Origin: Eledone cirrhosa
Taxonomy: Eukaryota
NCBI GenBank assembly: GCA_964016885.1
Contig: OZ024744.1
Coordinates: 100,564,001-100,628,000, forward strand
DNA length: 64,000 nucleotides
Reading direction: 5' to 3'
The notes beneath the pieces were generated by a model that saw only the letters and a list, made by a program, of their open reading frames with translations, ran no database searches and was not told the DNA's origin. Of this stretch, positions 50,683 to 63,348 are shown in pieces. A program made the position numbers and the translations under genes. Positions within the stretch are counted from its first letter, which is position 1. Every line of letters starts with the position of its first letter.

Positions 50683-53551
50683 TCATCATCATCATTTTAC
50701 GTCTGCTTTTCCCTGCTTGCAAGGGTGGGACGGGTCCTATTCAGCACAGCATCTTTCCACTTGTCACAGTCCCTCGTCATCTCCACCGTGAGCTTCAGCA
50801 ATCTGAGGTCTGCTCTCACCACCTCCACCCATGTTTTTCTTGGTCTACCTCTACCACGTCTTCCTTCTACTGGCATTTCCTGGCACTTCTTCACCCATCG
50901 GTCATTCTCCATGCGCATCACATGTCCATATCACCGCAGTCTCCTCTCGCACTACAATCTATCCCTCTCAGACACAGTTTCTCTCTCAACGCATCCATGC
51001 TCGATCGTTCACGCACATTGACATTGCACATCCAACGGAGCATGTTTGCCTCATTTCTCTCTAGCCGTCGCATATCCTCTGCAGTTGCTGCTCATGTCTC
51101 ACTACCATGCAACATCGCGCTTCTCACACAGACATCATATAACAGGCCTTTCGCACGCAGGGAGAAACCCTTCTTCGTCAGCAGAGGAAGCATCTCCCTA
51201 AACTTCTTACAACCCATCCTTATTCTAGATACTATGGCCACGGACCCCCCCCCCCCCCCATGCTAATCTGATCACCTAGGTACCGGAAGCTATCCACCAC
51301 TTCTATAGCGCCCTCTTGCATTTGAAAAATGTGTCTATCAATGTGACTTCTACTGTGAAATTTCCCTGTACTGCATACATATTTCTCTCTACCTGTTTGC
51401 CTGCTATCCCGCTACATCTCTTGTGTACCCAGGATCTGCATTGTGTACATTTTATAGAATTTATGCCAGTTCCTTTTCTGCATATCGAACATGGCCATTT
51501 CCTTGACGGAATCAGAGTTTTGTCCTCTTTTCTGCTCAACACTTCTGTCTTAGCTAGATTCACTCTCAGTCCTCTTGATTCCAACTGCTGTTTCCATAGC
51601 CAAAATTTATTCTCTAGCTCCTCTACTGATTCTGCTATAAGAACCAGATCGTCAGCATAGAGAAGTTCCCATGGACAGCCAGTCTTAAACTCCTCTGTTA
51701 TGGCTTGGAGGACTATAATGAACAAGAGGGGGCTGAGGACCGAACCTTGATGTACTCCTACTTGTATCTGGAATTTCTCACTAAACTCCATTCCTACCCT
51801 CACTTTACTGACAGCGCCTCTGTACAAAGTTTGCATTGTCCTCACAAGCCATTCCTCAACACCTAGTTTCCTTAGGGAACACCAGATGACAGATCGGGGT
51901 ACCCTATCAAAGGCCTTCTCTAGGTCAACAAAAGCTAAGTATAGTGGCTTAGTCTTCTCTAAGAACCTCTCTTGTAATTGTCTCACCAAGAAGAGGGCAT
52001 CTGTTGTACTTTTCCCAGGCACAAAACCAAACTGCATCTCATCTAGTTTGACCCTTTCTCTAATTAGTTCTGCTAATATCCTTTCTGCCACTTTCATAAC
52101 CTGATCCATCAGTTTTATACCCCTATAATTGCTCCTCTCCAGCGCATCTCCTTTACCTTTGTCGCAATTTATGAGAATACTGCTGCACCAGTCTTTGAGT
52201 ATGACACCACCATATATAGCCTGATTGATGATGAGTGCAACCAGTTTAGTGCCTACGTCCCTTGATGCCTTCAGCATCTCAGCAACTATCCCCGACGGTC
52301 CAGCGTTCTTACCATTTTTCATTTCTTAATCGCCTCTTGGACCCTATATTCGTCAATCTCAATAGCTGGTACCTCTGTCGGATCTACTGAGGGTAATTTC
52401 TCTCTCTCCCATTTGTTCTCCACATTCATCAGTCTCTCATAATGACATTTCCAGGCCTCCTTTTTCTGATAATTTGTGACACTACACCGACATCATTCCG
52501 GACACATTTATCTCCAACAACATCCTGATTTGCATTGACACACTACCTTTCAATGTGGAACACCGCACGTCTCTGATCTTCCCACCACAGAACATTGGCA
52601 AACCTCCTACTCAGCCTCCCTGCGTGCTAAGTACACCTGACGTTTAGCTTCCCTCTTAGCGCTCTATATCCTTCTCGACTCCCACCCTTTTTCCAAGCTC
52701 TCCATGCTAGTCTTTTGTCTCTAATGACCCTATGTAGAGTGCTGTTCCCCCACCAGGTCACCCTCTGTCAGTAGCCTGCAGTAAGTTGTCACGTAAGAAA
52801 TTCCAGTTATTATCTATGTCATACGACTCTAAATTGTCTTCTTTTTCGTCATATACATCTTGAAGGGCTTTCCTAAATTTATATTTTAATGAAAAGTCTT
52901 TTAGCTTCCAGACCTTTCTTCTCCACTCTTCCTGTAAGTCTCATTCCATCTCTTGCTTACTGAGATATCACTAACGACTAACCTATGCTGTGGGGTACAT
53001 TCTTCCCCAGGGTATGCTTTAGTATTTGACACCATCTGTCTGTCTCACTGTCTAACTAGCAGGAAGTCAATCTGGCTTAGGTGCTAGCCTGATTTGTAGG
53101 TTATTAGGTGGTTGGCAGGTTTCTGGACACATCCACATACCTTCTCTCCAGCATCTCCGCTATTTCACCAGATCTACCTGTGAGAGTGCCAACATTAAGT
53201 GTTGCAACTCTGAGATGCGACGTCTTCATATTCTTGTTCCTTTTCCTGTAGTGCGATTGCTTGAAGACGGTCGGGGGGTTCTCACACATGGCCGCCCAGC
53301 AACCCCACTACTGTGTGCAGCCCTAACATGGTTAGTGTTATTGCTGTTGACGCAGTTGTTGCAATCCTCATTTGTTGTGCTCATAGTTTTTGGCAGTAGT
53401 ATATATATATACTGGTTGGATGCCCTTCCTAACACCAGCATCACTTTACAGCATGGACTGGGTGCTTTTATTCGTGCCACCAACACTAGAGAGGATGTCT
53501 TACTGGATCCATGGGCCCTCTCTACTCCTCCATTTTACAGCATGGTCATAA
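50683..53551 (-). mobile_element. RTE-clade LINE, second near-full copy, inactivated
   Basis: ORF 51303-52322 is an RT with intact YADD and a PHD-like finger. N-terminus LRVATLNVGTLTGR. Endonuclease is partly deleted. Highly similar to 25262-28340. Confidence 0.93.
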
Positions 53552-53874
53552 CAATAATAACACTATTAATAATTAATTAATTTTGTGTAATGCCTGTGCG
53601 TGAAGAATATTTTTAAAGTGAGGAAAGACTGTGCACTGAGCCAATCCCACTCTCTGAGCGACAGTAGCTATAACCCGAAAAGAAGAAAAGATCAACATCA
53701 TTGGTAACTACTTTATGTCGGAGTTATCCCAGTTTCCTGAGATGCCTTCTAGAAGAATGACGTGACAAGGGCTAGGGGTCCTTCACTCCCAGTGGTTTAA
53801 CTGCGCGATCGGGTATCCAGCCTGATTATTTCTATGTCTCCGCGCAAAAAAAAAAAAATAATAATCACTTATTG

Positions 53875-54590
53875 TCACTCATACGCACGACACACACACA
53901 CATTCACTCACCCACCAACATTCCTGCATACAAACACACACACGCCACTCACACACGCCACACACACACACACACACCAAACTCATGCATACAAACACGC
54001 ACACGTCACACACACTCACACACCAACACTCCCGCATACAAACACACGCCACTCACTTACACACACACTCACACACCACTCACACACACGCGCCACTTAC
54101 ACACACACCAAAACTCATGCCTACAAACACACACACACACATTCACACACCTGCATACAAACACACACGCCACTCACACACACACCAAAACTCATGCCTA
54201 CAAACACACACACACCACTCACACACACAGTCACACACCAACACTCCTGCATACAAACACACACGCCACTCTCACTCATTTACACACCCCACTCATGCAT
54301 ACAAACACGCACACGCACACTCACACACACGCACACTCACACACACATTCACACACCAAGACTCCTGCATACAAAAACACACACGCCACTCACACATTCA
54401 CACACACTCACACATTCACACACCCCACTCATGCATACAAACACACACACGCCACTCACAGACACACACGCACTCACTCACACACCAACACTCCTGCATA
54501 CAAACACACATACGCCAGTCACACATTCACACACCAACACTCCTGCATACAAACACACACACACGCCACTCACTTACAGACACATACACA
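53875..54590. repeat. CA-rich compound satellite
   Basis: cacaccaacactcctgcatacaaacacacacgccact units. Explains the three His/Thr ORFs. Confidence 0.9.
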
Positions 54591-54854
54591 TATATTACCG
54601 TCATTACTGGTACAAGATCATGTCAACTGTTGACTTTCGAAAGAGTTTGTATAATTGAAGCCGTGTGTTACTGTTCAGTACTATTATGCGGTGGATTGGC
54701 AGTATCGGTAGAGGGTCGGACGCCATGCTTACCAGCATATAGTTACGGCCCTTGACATTCTGAGTTCAAATCCCGCCGAGGTTAACTTTGCCTTTCATCC
54801 TTACGGGGTCGATAAAATAAAGTACCAGTAATGCACTGGGGTAATTGTTGGGGT

Positions 54855-56493
54855 AATACGGAGAAGTACCTAGCTAAAAGTAAACCCCTATACTTAGCTC
54901 TGGTTGACTTGGAGAAAGCCTTTGACAGAGTCCCCCACTCCATTATCTGGTGGGCTCTTAGAAAACTAGGTGTTGATGAATGGCTTGTGAGAGCTATACA
55001 AGCCATGTATAAAGAAACAGTCAGCAAGGTTAGAATTAACGAATATAGTGAAGAATTTAGGGTAAAAGTTGGTGTTTATCAGGGCTCTGTCCTTAGCCCC
55101 TCCTATTTATTATTGTTCTACAGGCTATAACAGAAGAGTCTAAGACCGGCTGCTCATGGGAACTTCTATATGCAGATGATCTAACTCTCATAGTTGAATC
55201 AATGGCTGAACTAGAGAAGAAATTCCAAACATGGAAGCATGGCCTAGAATCAAAAGGCCTTAAAGTTAACTTGTCTAAGACTAAAGTTCTAGTATGTAGA
55301 AAGGAAAATAGGGTACAGGAACCCTCTGGGAAATGGCCATGCTCAGTGTGTAGGAAAGGAGTAGGCAGAAATTCCATATGTCCCAAATGCAAACTATGGG
55401 TACATAAAAGATGTAGTGGGATCACAGGTAAGCTATCTAAGAACGTAGACTTTATATGTGGCCGATGCTCAGGTGCAATAAGTAACAGCAGTTGCCCACA
55501 GGATACTAGCTCCTTCTATTGCCCAGATGGTTCTATAGAAATAGTGGACACCTTCCGTTACCTGGGGGACAAAACCAGCAGTGGTGGAAGGTGCTGTGAA
55601 AGTACAGTAGCTAGAGTCAGAACGGGATGGAAAAAGTTCAGAGAGCTTATACCACTATTGTCTACTAAAGGTTTCTCTCTAAAAATGAAAGGCAGATTGT
55701 ATGATGCCTGTATACAAACAGCAATGTTACATGGCAGTGGGACATGGGCTTTGTGTGCAGAGGATCTGCGCAGACTGGAGAGGAACGAAGCATCCATGCT
55801 CCGTTGGATGTGTAATAGTAATATACGAACGGCAAAGCATAAATGAACTAAGTGAGAAATTAGGAATAAGTGGGATCAGATGCTGTTTACTCGAGAGAAG
55901 ACTACGTTGGTATGGTCACGTAATGCGCATGAAAGACATGGCGATCAAAATTGATGGAAGTTACGGAGTAGCTAGACCCAGAAAAACCTGGGACGATCTG
56001 ATAAATTCCAACCTTACACACTTACACCTCTCCAAGACAATGTCACTTGACCAAAATCTTCGGCGCTACGCAGTAATAAAGAAGACCCGACTTGCCTATG
56101 TACAAAATGAAATCTACAGTCAGTAGGCACCTCTTAACCAAATATACACTCCATCCCACTACCCTTACTTCCGCCCCATTCCCACCAACACCACCCCTTT
56201 CTCTGTAAAGTTATGTTGGTACCACAACATCCAGTCCTAAATAAATGATGTTGTGTAGGTGTCACGACAAAAATACACATTCTACGCTGTAATGTGGCCG
56301 TATAGGTACCTCCCAGTCCACACTGTAAACGTGGTTGGTGTTAGGAAGGGCATCCAGCCGTAGAAAACCTGCCAGACAATCCTATACGAGCGAGACATGG
56401 TCACCCGACCAATCTTGCCTCAAGTGGGACAATTCCCGTCTAAACTCGTGCTAGCGTGGAAGATAGACGTACGACGACGACGACGACGACGAC

Positions 56494-56530
<37 letters not shown>
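54855..56530 (+). mobile_element. RTE LINE, second subfamily, 5'-truncated
   Basis: DLEKAFDRVPH, YADD, WPCSVCRKG..C..C..WVHKRC and FRYLGD motifs, long 3' UTR and (GAC/GAT)n tail. Related 3' fragments at 42240-42760(-), 48400-49155(-) and 57710-58355(+). Confidence 0.88.
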
Positions 56531-57338
56531 TATATATATATATCATCATGATCGTTTATATGTCCATTTTTCCATGCTTGTATGGGTTGGATGAGTCCTT
56601 TTCAGCAGAGCATCTCTGCACTTGCCATATTTCTTCGTCATCTCCTGAGTCTGTGATCTGAGGTCAGCTTTCACCACTCTGCCTAGGTCATTCTTGGTCT
56701 TCCTCTACTGCTACTTCCATCCACTGGGATTTCCTTGCACTTCTTCACCCACTGACCATCATCCATACGTATCACATGTCTATACTACCAACTCAGTCCT
56801 TTCTCTTGCACACCATCTCGGATTCCTCTTAAACCTAGTTAATCCTTCAGTTAATCTGAGCTCTGCCTTTCTCGCACGTTTACATTGCACATCCAATGAA
56901 GCATGGTTGCTTCATTTCTCTCCAGTCACTACCCATGTTTCACTACCATGTAGCATCACACTTTGCACACTGGTTTCATACAGTCGTTCTTTTGTACGTA
57001 GGGAGTAGCTCTCTAAACTTATTCCAGCTCAGCAAGATAGTGATAGTAAAAGCTATCAACCACATCAGTTTAGAGAATTTTCAAGTTTTCACTTTCCTGC
57101 TTTAATGTTTGATTTTTATTATTAATTTGGCAGTATCGGTAGAGGGTCGGACGCCATGCTTTGCAGCATAGAGTTACGGCTCTTTATGGTCTGAGTTCAA
57201 ATCCCGCCGAGGTTAACTTTGCCTTCCATCCTTATGGGGTCGGATAAATAAATTACCAGTAATACACTGGGATAATTGCTGGCCTTGTGCCAAAAGTAGA
57301 AACAATTATTAATTATACGTTTTATGTTTTATTGTCAG

Positions 57339-57504
57339 GAACTCAGATTAGAAGACTATCAGGCTGGCCGTAAAGGAAAACAACAACAACAACCACTTGC
57401 TCAGCCTCAACCTCAACAACCAGCAAGTACAAGCCTGTTTGGTACATCAACTAGCCAGGCAGCAACAGGATTTGGCTTTGGTCAGAATAAAACAACCACA
57501 ACTA
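57339..57504 (+). CDS. NUP98: NUP98 coding exon 7 (C-terminal part of GLEBS plus FG)
   Basis: ttgtcAG acceptor, ELRLEDYQAGRKGKQQQQPLAQPQPQQPASTSLFGTSTSQAATGFGFGQNKTTTT, GTAAGA donor. Confidence 0.96.
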
Positions 57505-58952
57505 GTAAGAATATTTAATATTGTATTTGTTTGTACCTTGATGCTATATATTTATAGTTTCTTGTAGTAGCATTGGCAGAAAATTTGTTGTTTTATACAT
57601 CTTAATTTCAAGTTCCAGCTCATATTCAGTGTCAATGTTTTGACAATTTTCACCAACTTCAAATTCTATGTAAATAAGGTGTTAGAGTATCTGGAGTTAT
57701 TATTTCACAATGAACTATGTGAGAAATTAGGAATAAGAGGGATCAGATGCTGTTTACTTGAGAGAAGATTACGTTAGTATGGTCACGTGATGCGCTTGAA
57801 AGACGACAGCTGTATAAAAAAGTGCAGGGCGATTAAAATTGAGGGAAGTTATAGAGTAGGTAGACCCAGAAAAACCTGGGACGACAGGATAAAATCTGAC
57901 CTTGCACACTTGCACCTCTCTAAGACAATGTCACTGGATCGAGATCTTGGCGCCACGCAGTATTACAAAAGACCCCCCTTCCCTACGTGTAAAGTTAACC
58001 TACAGTCAGTAGACACCGCAACCCACTACCCCACTCCATCCTTCCACTCTTGCCAACACCACCCTTTCTCTAAAAAGTTATGTTGGCACCAAACTAATGA
58101 GATCGCGTAGGTCTCACGACAAAAAAACACATAGTCCAGCTGTGATGTGGCTATGTAACATGGTAAAAAGTTCCCAGTCCACACTGTAAATGTGGTTGGT
58201 GTTAGGAAGGGCATCCAGCCATAGAAAACCTGCCAGATACAGTCCTATACGAGTGAGACATGGTCACCCGACCAATCTTGCCTCAAGTGGGACAACTCCC
58301 GTCTAACCCATGCTAGCGTGGAAGATAGACGTTAAACGATGATGATGATGATGATGAATGAAACACTGTTTTTCTTCATTTACTACATTGTTATTAGTGT
58401 TGTTTATGCATTCCTTTGAAAGTATTTCCTTCAAATATTTATAATTTGAACATAAATATTCCATACACATATATGCATGCACACACATGCATACATGTTT
58501 TTCTCTGACAATATTTTTTCTTTCAATCTTCTGATTTGATTTTATTTCTCATGCTCCTTCTTTTTTTCTTTCTCTGCCTCTCCCTCCCTCTTCTACTCTA
58601 TGAATCCCTATAAAAAGTTCTCTAATTCAGTGACTTACTGTCAAAGTACTCCTGGCATGTGAGTGGCTGGAAGTAAACACTAGTTTGAGAAACTTGTTGA
58701 AACTTAACATAATGGAAACTTATTACGTAATGGAGTTGTGAAACAAACTATATTCTACACAACATTTGAAACATTTTAAATAGCAAAATATTAAAACTTC
58801 ATAAATATATATTATACTCATGAGAATTTCAATACCATGCCATCTAAACATAATGTGTTGATTACCTGCCTCAGCTTATAAATGGGTTTGAATTTTTGCC
58901 CATCAAATAGAGGTTGGGGATTGGCTTATATTCGGATCAGCTTATATTCAGT

Positions 58953-59124
58953 TACCGTATTTTCCGATACCGAAGACGGTTCGTCCTTAAGGGCGCACCC
59001 TAATTTCGACAACCAAAAATTTGAAAACAAATAATAAACAACCTTCGGCCTCCAGGACGCATAGTAGATTTTTGAGACTTATTTTAGGAAAAAAGTAGCA
59101 TTTTTGATGGCGGGAAATACGGTA
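58953..59124. mobile_element. pogo-like MITE nested in another MITE
   Basis: TIRs taccgtattttccg / cgggaaatacggta. Confidence 0.6.
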
Positions 59125-59277
59125 TATATAGTATTTTGTAGACCTACCAGTGTGCTTAGCTGTTGAGAAAATGTGTGAGTCTGAAAAAACTACCTATTAA
59201 CAATAAAATCTTATATAGTTGAATATCTCTAACATTCAATCAGTAAATGCTGAGAAAAGAAGTCAAGAAAGCTATGT

Positions 59278-60812
59278 ATTAGGTTGTTCAGAAATTAATG
59301 CAAGTTTTATATTTATACTTGTTTCAACATCTAAGACTAAAATCCTGTGCAAATGATACATTTTACAATAAGGTTTAAAATGTATCATTTGAAAACTTAT
59401 TTTATGTTTTTTCTGTAATCATCCATTTTTAATATAAATTGAAATTGTGTCAATTTTCTGCTCTTTGAAGCTAAGATGTCAAAACAAGATTTTTGCCAAA
59501 TTTATTTCTGCTAGAATTTCTTCAACACGCTGGCGTCTATATGTGTGCACGTGTGTGTATGTAGATTGTACACACAAGTGGAGTGAATGTTAGACTCTGT
59601 TTTCTGTAGTTTGTAATCACCCCTTCCTTCCTCAGTCATCTCTAGTTTGTGACGGATGGAAGTTGCTCAAATTTATATATAGATGAGTTTAAACTCGGCT
59701 ACAGTGGAACCACAAACAGTAAGAAACAACAATGAAATTTGGAACCAAGGAAATGTAATGACTGCACACAAATGTAATGTTGGCTTCAATACTTTCATTG
59801 TGGTCAGTTCACTGTTGAAGATAAGGAACATTGCGAATGTCCTTCTGCCATTGACATCTATGATTCTTTCCACAACTTTGAGAGATTGCAGGGGCGCTAG
59901 ATGTAAATTTTTGAACAATTCCCGAACATTTTAACTGAATTGGAAAGTCAAAGAAGCTTGAAAAATGACCTGAATGAAAAGCAGAAAAAAAAATCACCAT
60001 TATGATGTTTGCGCTTCGGTTCTCTTGTACATCAAAAAATGACCTGTTTCTTGATTGCATTGTGATCTGCGATGGAAAGTTAATAATAATGATGATAATG
60101 AAATTATTGTGTACAGTGCTCAGATGCACTACAAATCATCAAAGGTGCATGTATAGTACATAGAATAATGTGCAAATGTCAGGAAAGTGAACAGTATATG
60201 AGTCATGATATACATGTTGATCATATATAACATCTGACGATGTTTAACTCAGTCGTTGGACTGAGATGAAGCTCCTAAACCTTTTTCAAAGTTGAAGTTG
60301 TACCAAAAGAAGGCTATGGTGACTGGTGGTCTGCAGCCGGATTAATCAACTACAGATTTCTGAATTACAACGGAGAAGTATTGTCATGAAATTGATGAAG
60401 TGTATAAAAAATTGCAGCGTGTGTGTCCAGCATTGGACAATAGAAATGGTCCAATCCCCTTGAACAACACTTGACCCGATACTACATAACCAATGCTTCA
60501 GAAGATGAAAACAAATTTGGCCATGAGATTTTGCCTTATCCGGAATACTCACTGGATTTTTCATCTACTGATTATAACTTTCTGAAGCATTTCTGCAACT
60601 TCTTGCACGGAAAACTCATCAATCAAACAGCTACAAAACATGCCATTGAAGAATTCTTTGCCTCCAGAATTTTAGAATTCTATATTTCTGGAATACACAA
60701 ACGTATCTTTTTGGCAAACGCGTGTAGATTCTAATGTTTTTAATGTTTATTCTGAACTGAGAATGTCATTTTAAAGTTAATGATTTAAAACTCCTTCATT
60801 AATTTCTGAACA
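59278..60812 (+). mobile_element. Decayed mariner transposon
   Basis: TIR-like tattaggttgttcagaaattaatg / cattaatttctgaaca. Transposase remnants FLDCIVICDGK and EILPYPEYSLDFSSTDY (YSPDLAPSDY-like). Confidence 0.7.
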
Positions 60813-60909
60813 TGCAGATGTTATCACTAGAATGTTATATTGTGAAATATCTTTAAAGTGTAACTACCAAAAAGCTATCTATTATCAATAGAATCTTATA
60901 TAGTTGAAT

Positions 60910-61410
60910 AACAGCAGTTAGAATCAAAAGGACTGAGAGTAAACCTTGCAAAGACTAAAGTATTGATAAGTAGGAAAGAGGACAAGACTCTGATTCTATG
61001 TGTTGCATCCACAATGCTGCATGGTAGAGAGACGTGGGCAGCAACTGCGGAGGGTATGCGAAGGCTGGAGAGAAATGAAGTAAGCATGCTTCAATGGATG
61101 TGTAATGTCAATGTGCCTGAAAGACCAAGCATGGACGAGTTCAGAGAGAAACTGTATAAGAGGAATAAACTGTAGTGTGCAGGAGAGAAGACTACGTTGG
61201 TATGGCCATGTGATGTGCATGGATGATGATTATTGGGTGAAGAAGTGCCAAGTAATCTCGGTGGAAGGAAGATGCAGTAGAGGAAAACCACTGAAAACAC
61301 AGGCAGAGGTGGCGAGAGCTGACCTCAGATTGCCAAAGCTCACAGAGTTGATGATGAAGGATCATGACAAGTGGATAGATGCAGGGAAAAGCAGGTGTAA
61401 AATGATGATA
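60910..61410 (+). mobile_element. RTE LINE 3' fragment
   Basis: HGRETWA, ERRLRWYGHV and GRCSRGKP motifs. Confidence 0.8.
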
Positions 61411-63049
61411 ATTGTTTCTACTTTTGGCTCAAGGCCAGCAATTATCAGTGCATTACTGGTACTTTAATTTATCGACCCCCGTAAGGATGAAAGGCAAAGT
61501 TAACCTCGGCGGGATTTGAACTCAGAATGGAAAGGGCCGTAACTCTTTGCGTCAAAGCATGGCGTCCGCCAATCTACTGCCTTGAATATTTCTTAATGCT
61601 ACAGATATTAGATTTAAGCAATGGTTCATTGTGATTTATAAGAAGATTAACTTAGAAAAGAATGAATTTTCTTTGGTAAATGATTATCAGTTTGATGGCT
61701 GATCATATTAAGGTCATGATTTGTATACTTTTATTCTTATGTCTAATCCGAAATTTGTCAGAAAATTTAAACAAATAGGAAAAAAAAAACATGTTTGCCA
61801 CAAAATTTTAATTTGGATTGTTTATACATAAAAGTTAGTTTAGCTGACTTGACAATAGACTTACAAATATTGACCATAAATAATCAGTCATTTTTGGCAT
61901 TATTATTTTTTCTGTTAGTATATTTCTAACACATAAACTAAAATTGTGCTTTAGTGTTTAAATTAAATTATAAAATCATCATGAATTTATGCTGACATGA
62001 TCGATTTCTCTGTGTTGTTAGTCAAGTCTTTATGATGTTCTGTGAGGGAAAAAAACCAGCCCATATTACAAAAGACCTTCACATGATCAAATTAAAATAA
62101 AAAAAGTTGGGTATGAAGGTGTAAAGAAGATAACTTGCTCTTAGGTTTACAGTAAACAAAACAAAATCTAACTACTGCTGTTAACATACTTTTTCAGTAA
62201 CAATTTAGGGATATTCTGTACAATTGTTGAAGAAAATCGATGTGTTTAGATCGTATGATATTACACATATTCAGTGATAGTTTTATTTCTATTAATCTGA
62301 AGCAAACTATCAAAGTCATATGTCAAAGTATTCATGCTGGTTAAAATAAATAGTTTTATAAACCATAGAAAATAGCGATATATTATTTACCATAGTTTGA
62401 CTAATTGAGAGTAGATGTAACTATATTATTATTAATAGGCTTAACACCAGTAAAGACATTTCTTATCTATCAACATCTAAATTTGTAGATCCATCTCATT
62501 TATGTTAACATGTGAAAAGTAATGCTAAATATTGAAGAGTTTTAAATTGTTTAACTCTTTCGTTAGCGTGTTTCCTACTGAAAGATGCTGCCTATTATTT
62601 TCAGATTATTTTGAAAATAATTTAACAATTTGGAGAGATTTTGTAAGATTAAGTTGGTGTTTAAAACTTATCAAAGGTTCTTATGTAAAATTACAATAGG
62701 TTTTTTTTTTTTTTTTTTTTTAAAAATTTTTTTTAGATAAATATAAATGCTTTAAAATGAATTGTTTCTATTGTGGGTCAGTTTCATACATTTGGTATCA
62801 AAAGGGTTGACTAAAAAAAATTGATAATTTATATGTGGGATATTATCAAAATATATTTTGACTCCATTGAATATTTTTTTTTTATATAAAGAAAACTGTA
62901 ATTTACATGTTATATAGTTATATACTAGGAATTATATTTTCATAGACAATACCTATACCATGCCTATCTTATATTAGTTTATCCTATTAGTATATGTTGA
63001 TGAAGCATTTTATTTTTTTTTGACTTACGGAATTTAATTACTTTTCTAG

Positions 63050-63348
63050 CTGGCTTTGGAAATGCAAGAGGCAACACAAGTCTGTTTAATCAAAACCGCG
63101 CACCACTGACCAGTACAGGACTGTTTGGCCAACAAACGAAGCCATTGTTTGCAAACCCAACGGATAGCTTAAGCACAGGCTTTAGTTTTAATACAAATCC
63201 GAACACAGGCAGTTCTTTGTTTGGTCAAAATCAGCAACAAAACAAGGGTTTGTTTGGAAATACATCTCAGCAGTCAAACCTGTTCAGTACAACTGCAAAT
63301 ACGTCTACATTTGGAAGTGGAACAACTGGATTTACTACAAACCAAGCA
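63050..63348 (+). CDS. NUP98: NUP98 coding exon 8 (second FG/GLFG region); gene continues past the window
   Basis: ttttctAG acceptor, (T)GFGNARGNTSLFNQNRAPLTSTGLFGQQTKPLFANP...SSLFGQNQQQNKGLFGNT..TTNQA, GTAAGT donor. Phase is consistent with the previous exon. Confidence 0.92.

Noticed and set aside
53834-54755. Three overlapping His/Thr-rich ORFs
   Set aside because: CA-satellite artefact
54688-54790. tRNA gene
   Set aside because: The A and B boxes belong to a high-copy tRNA-derived SINE, and there is no cloverleaf.
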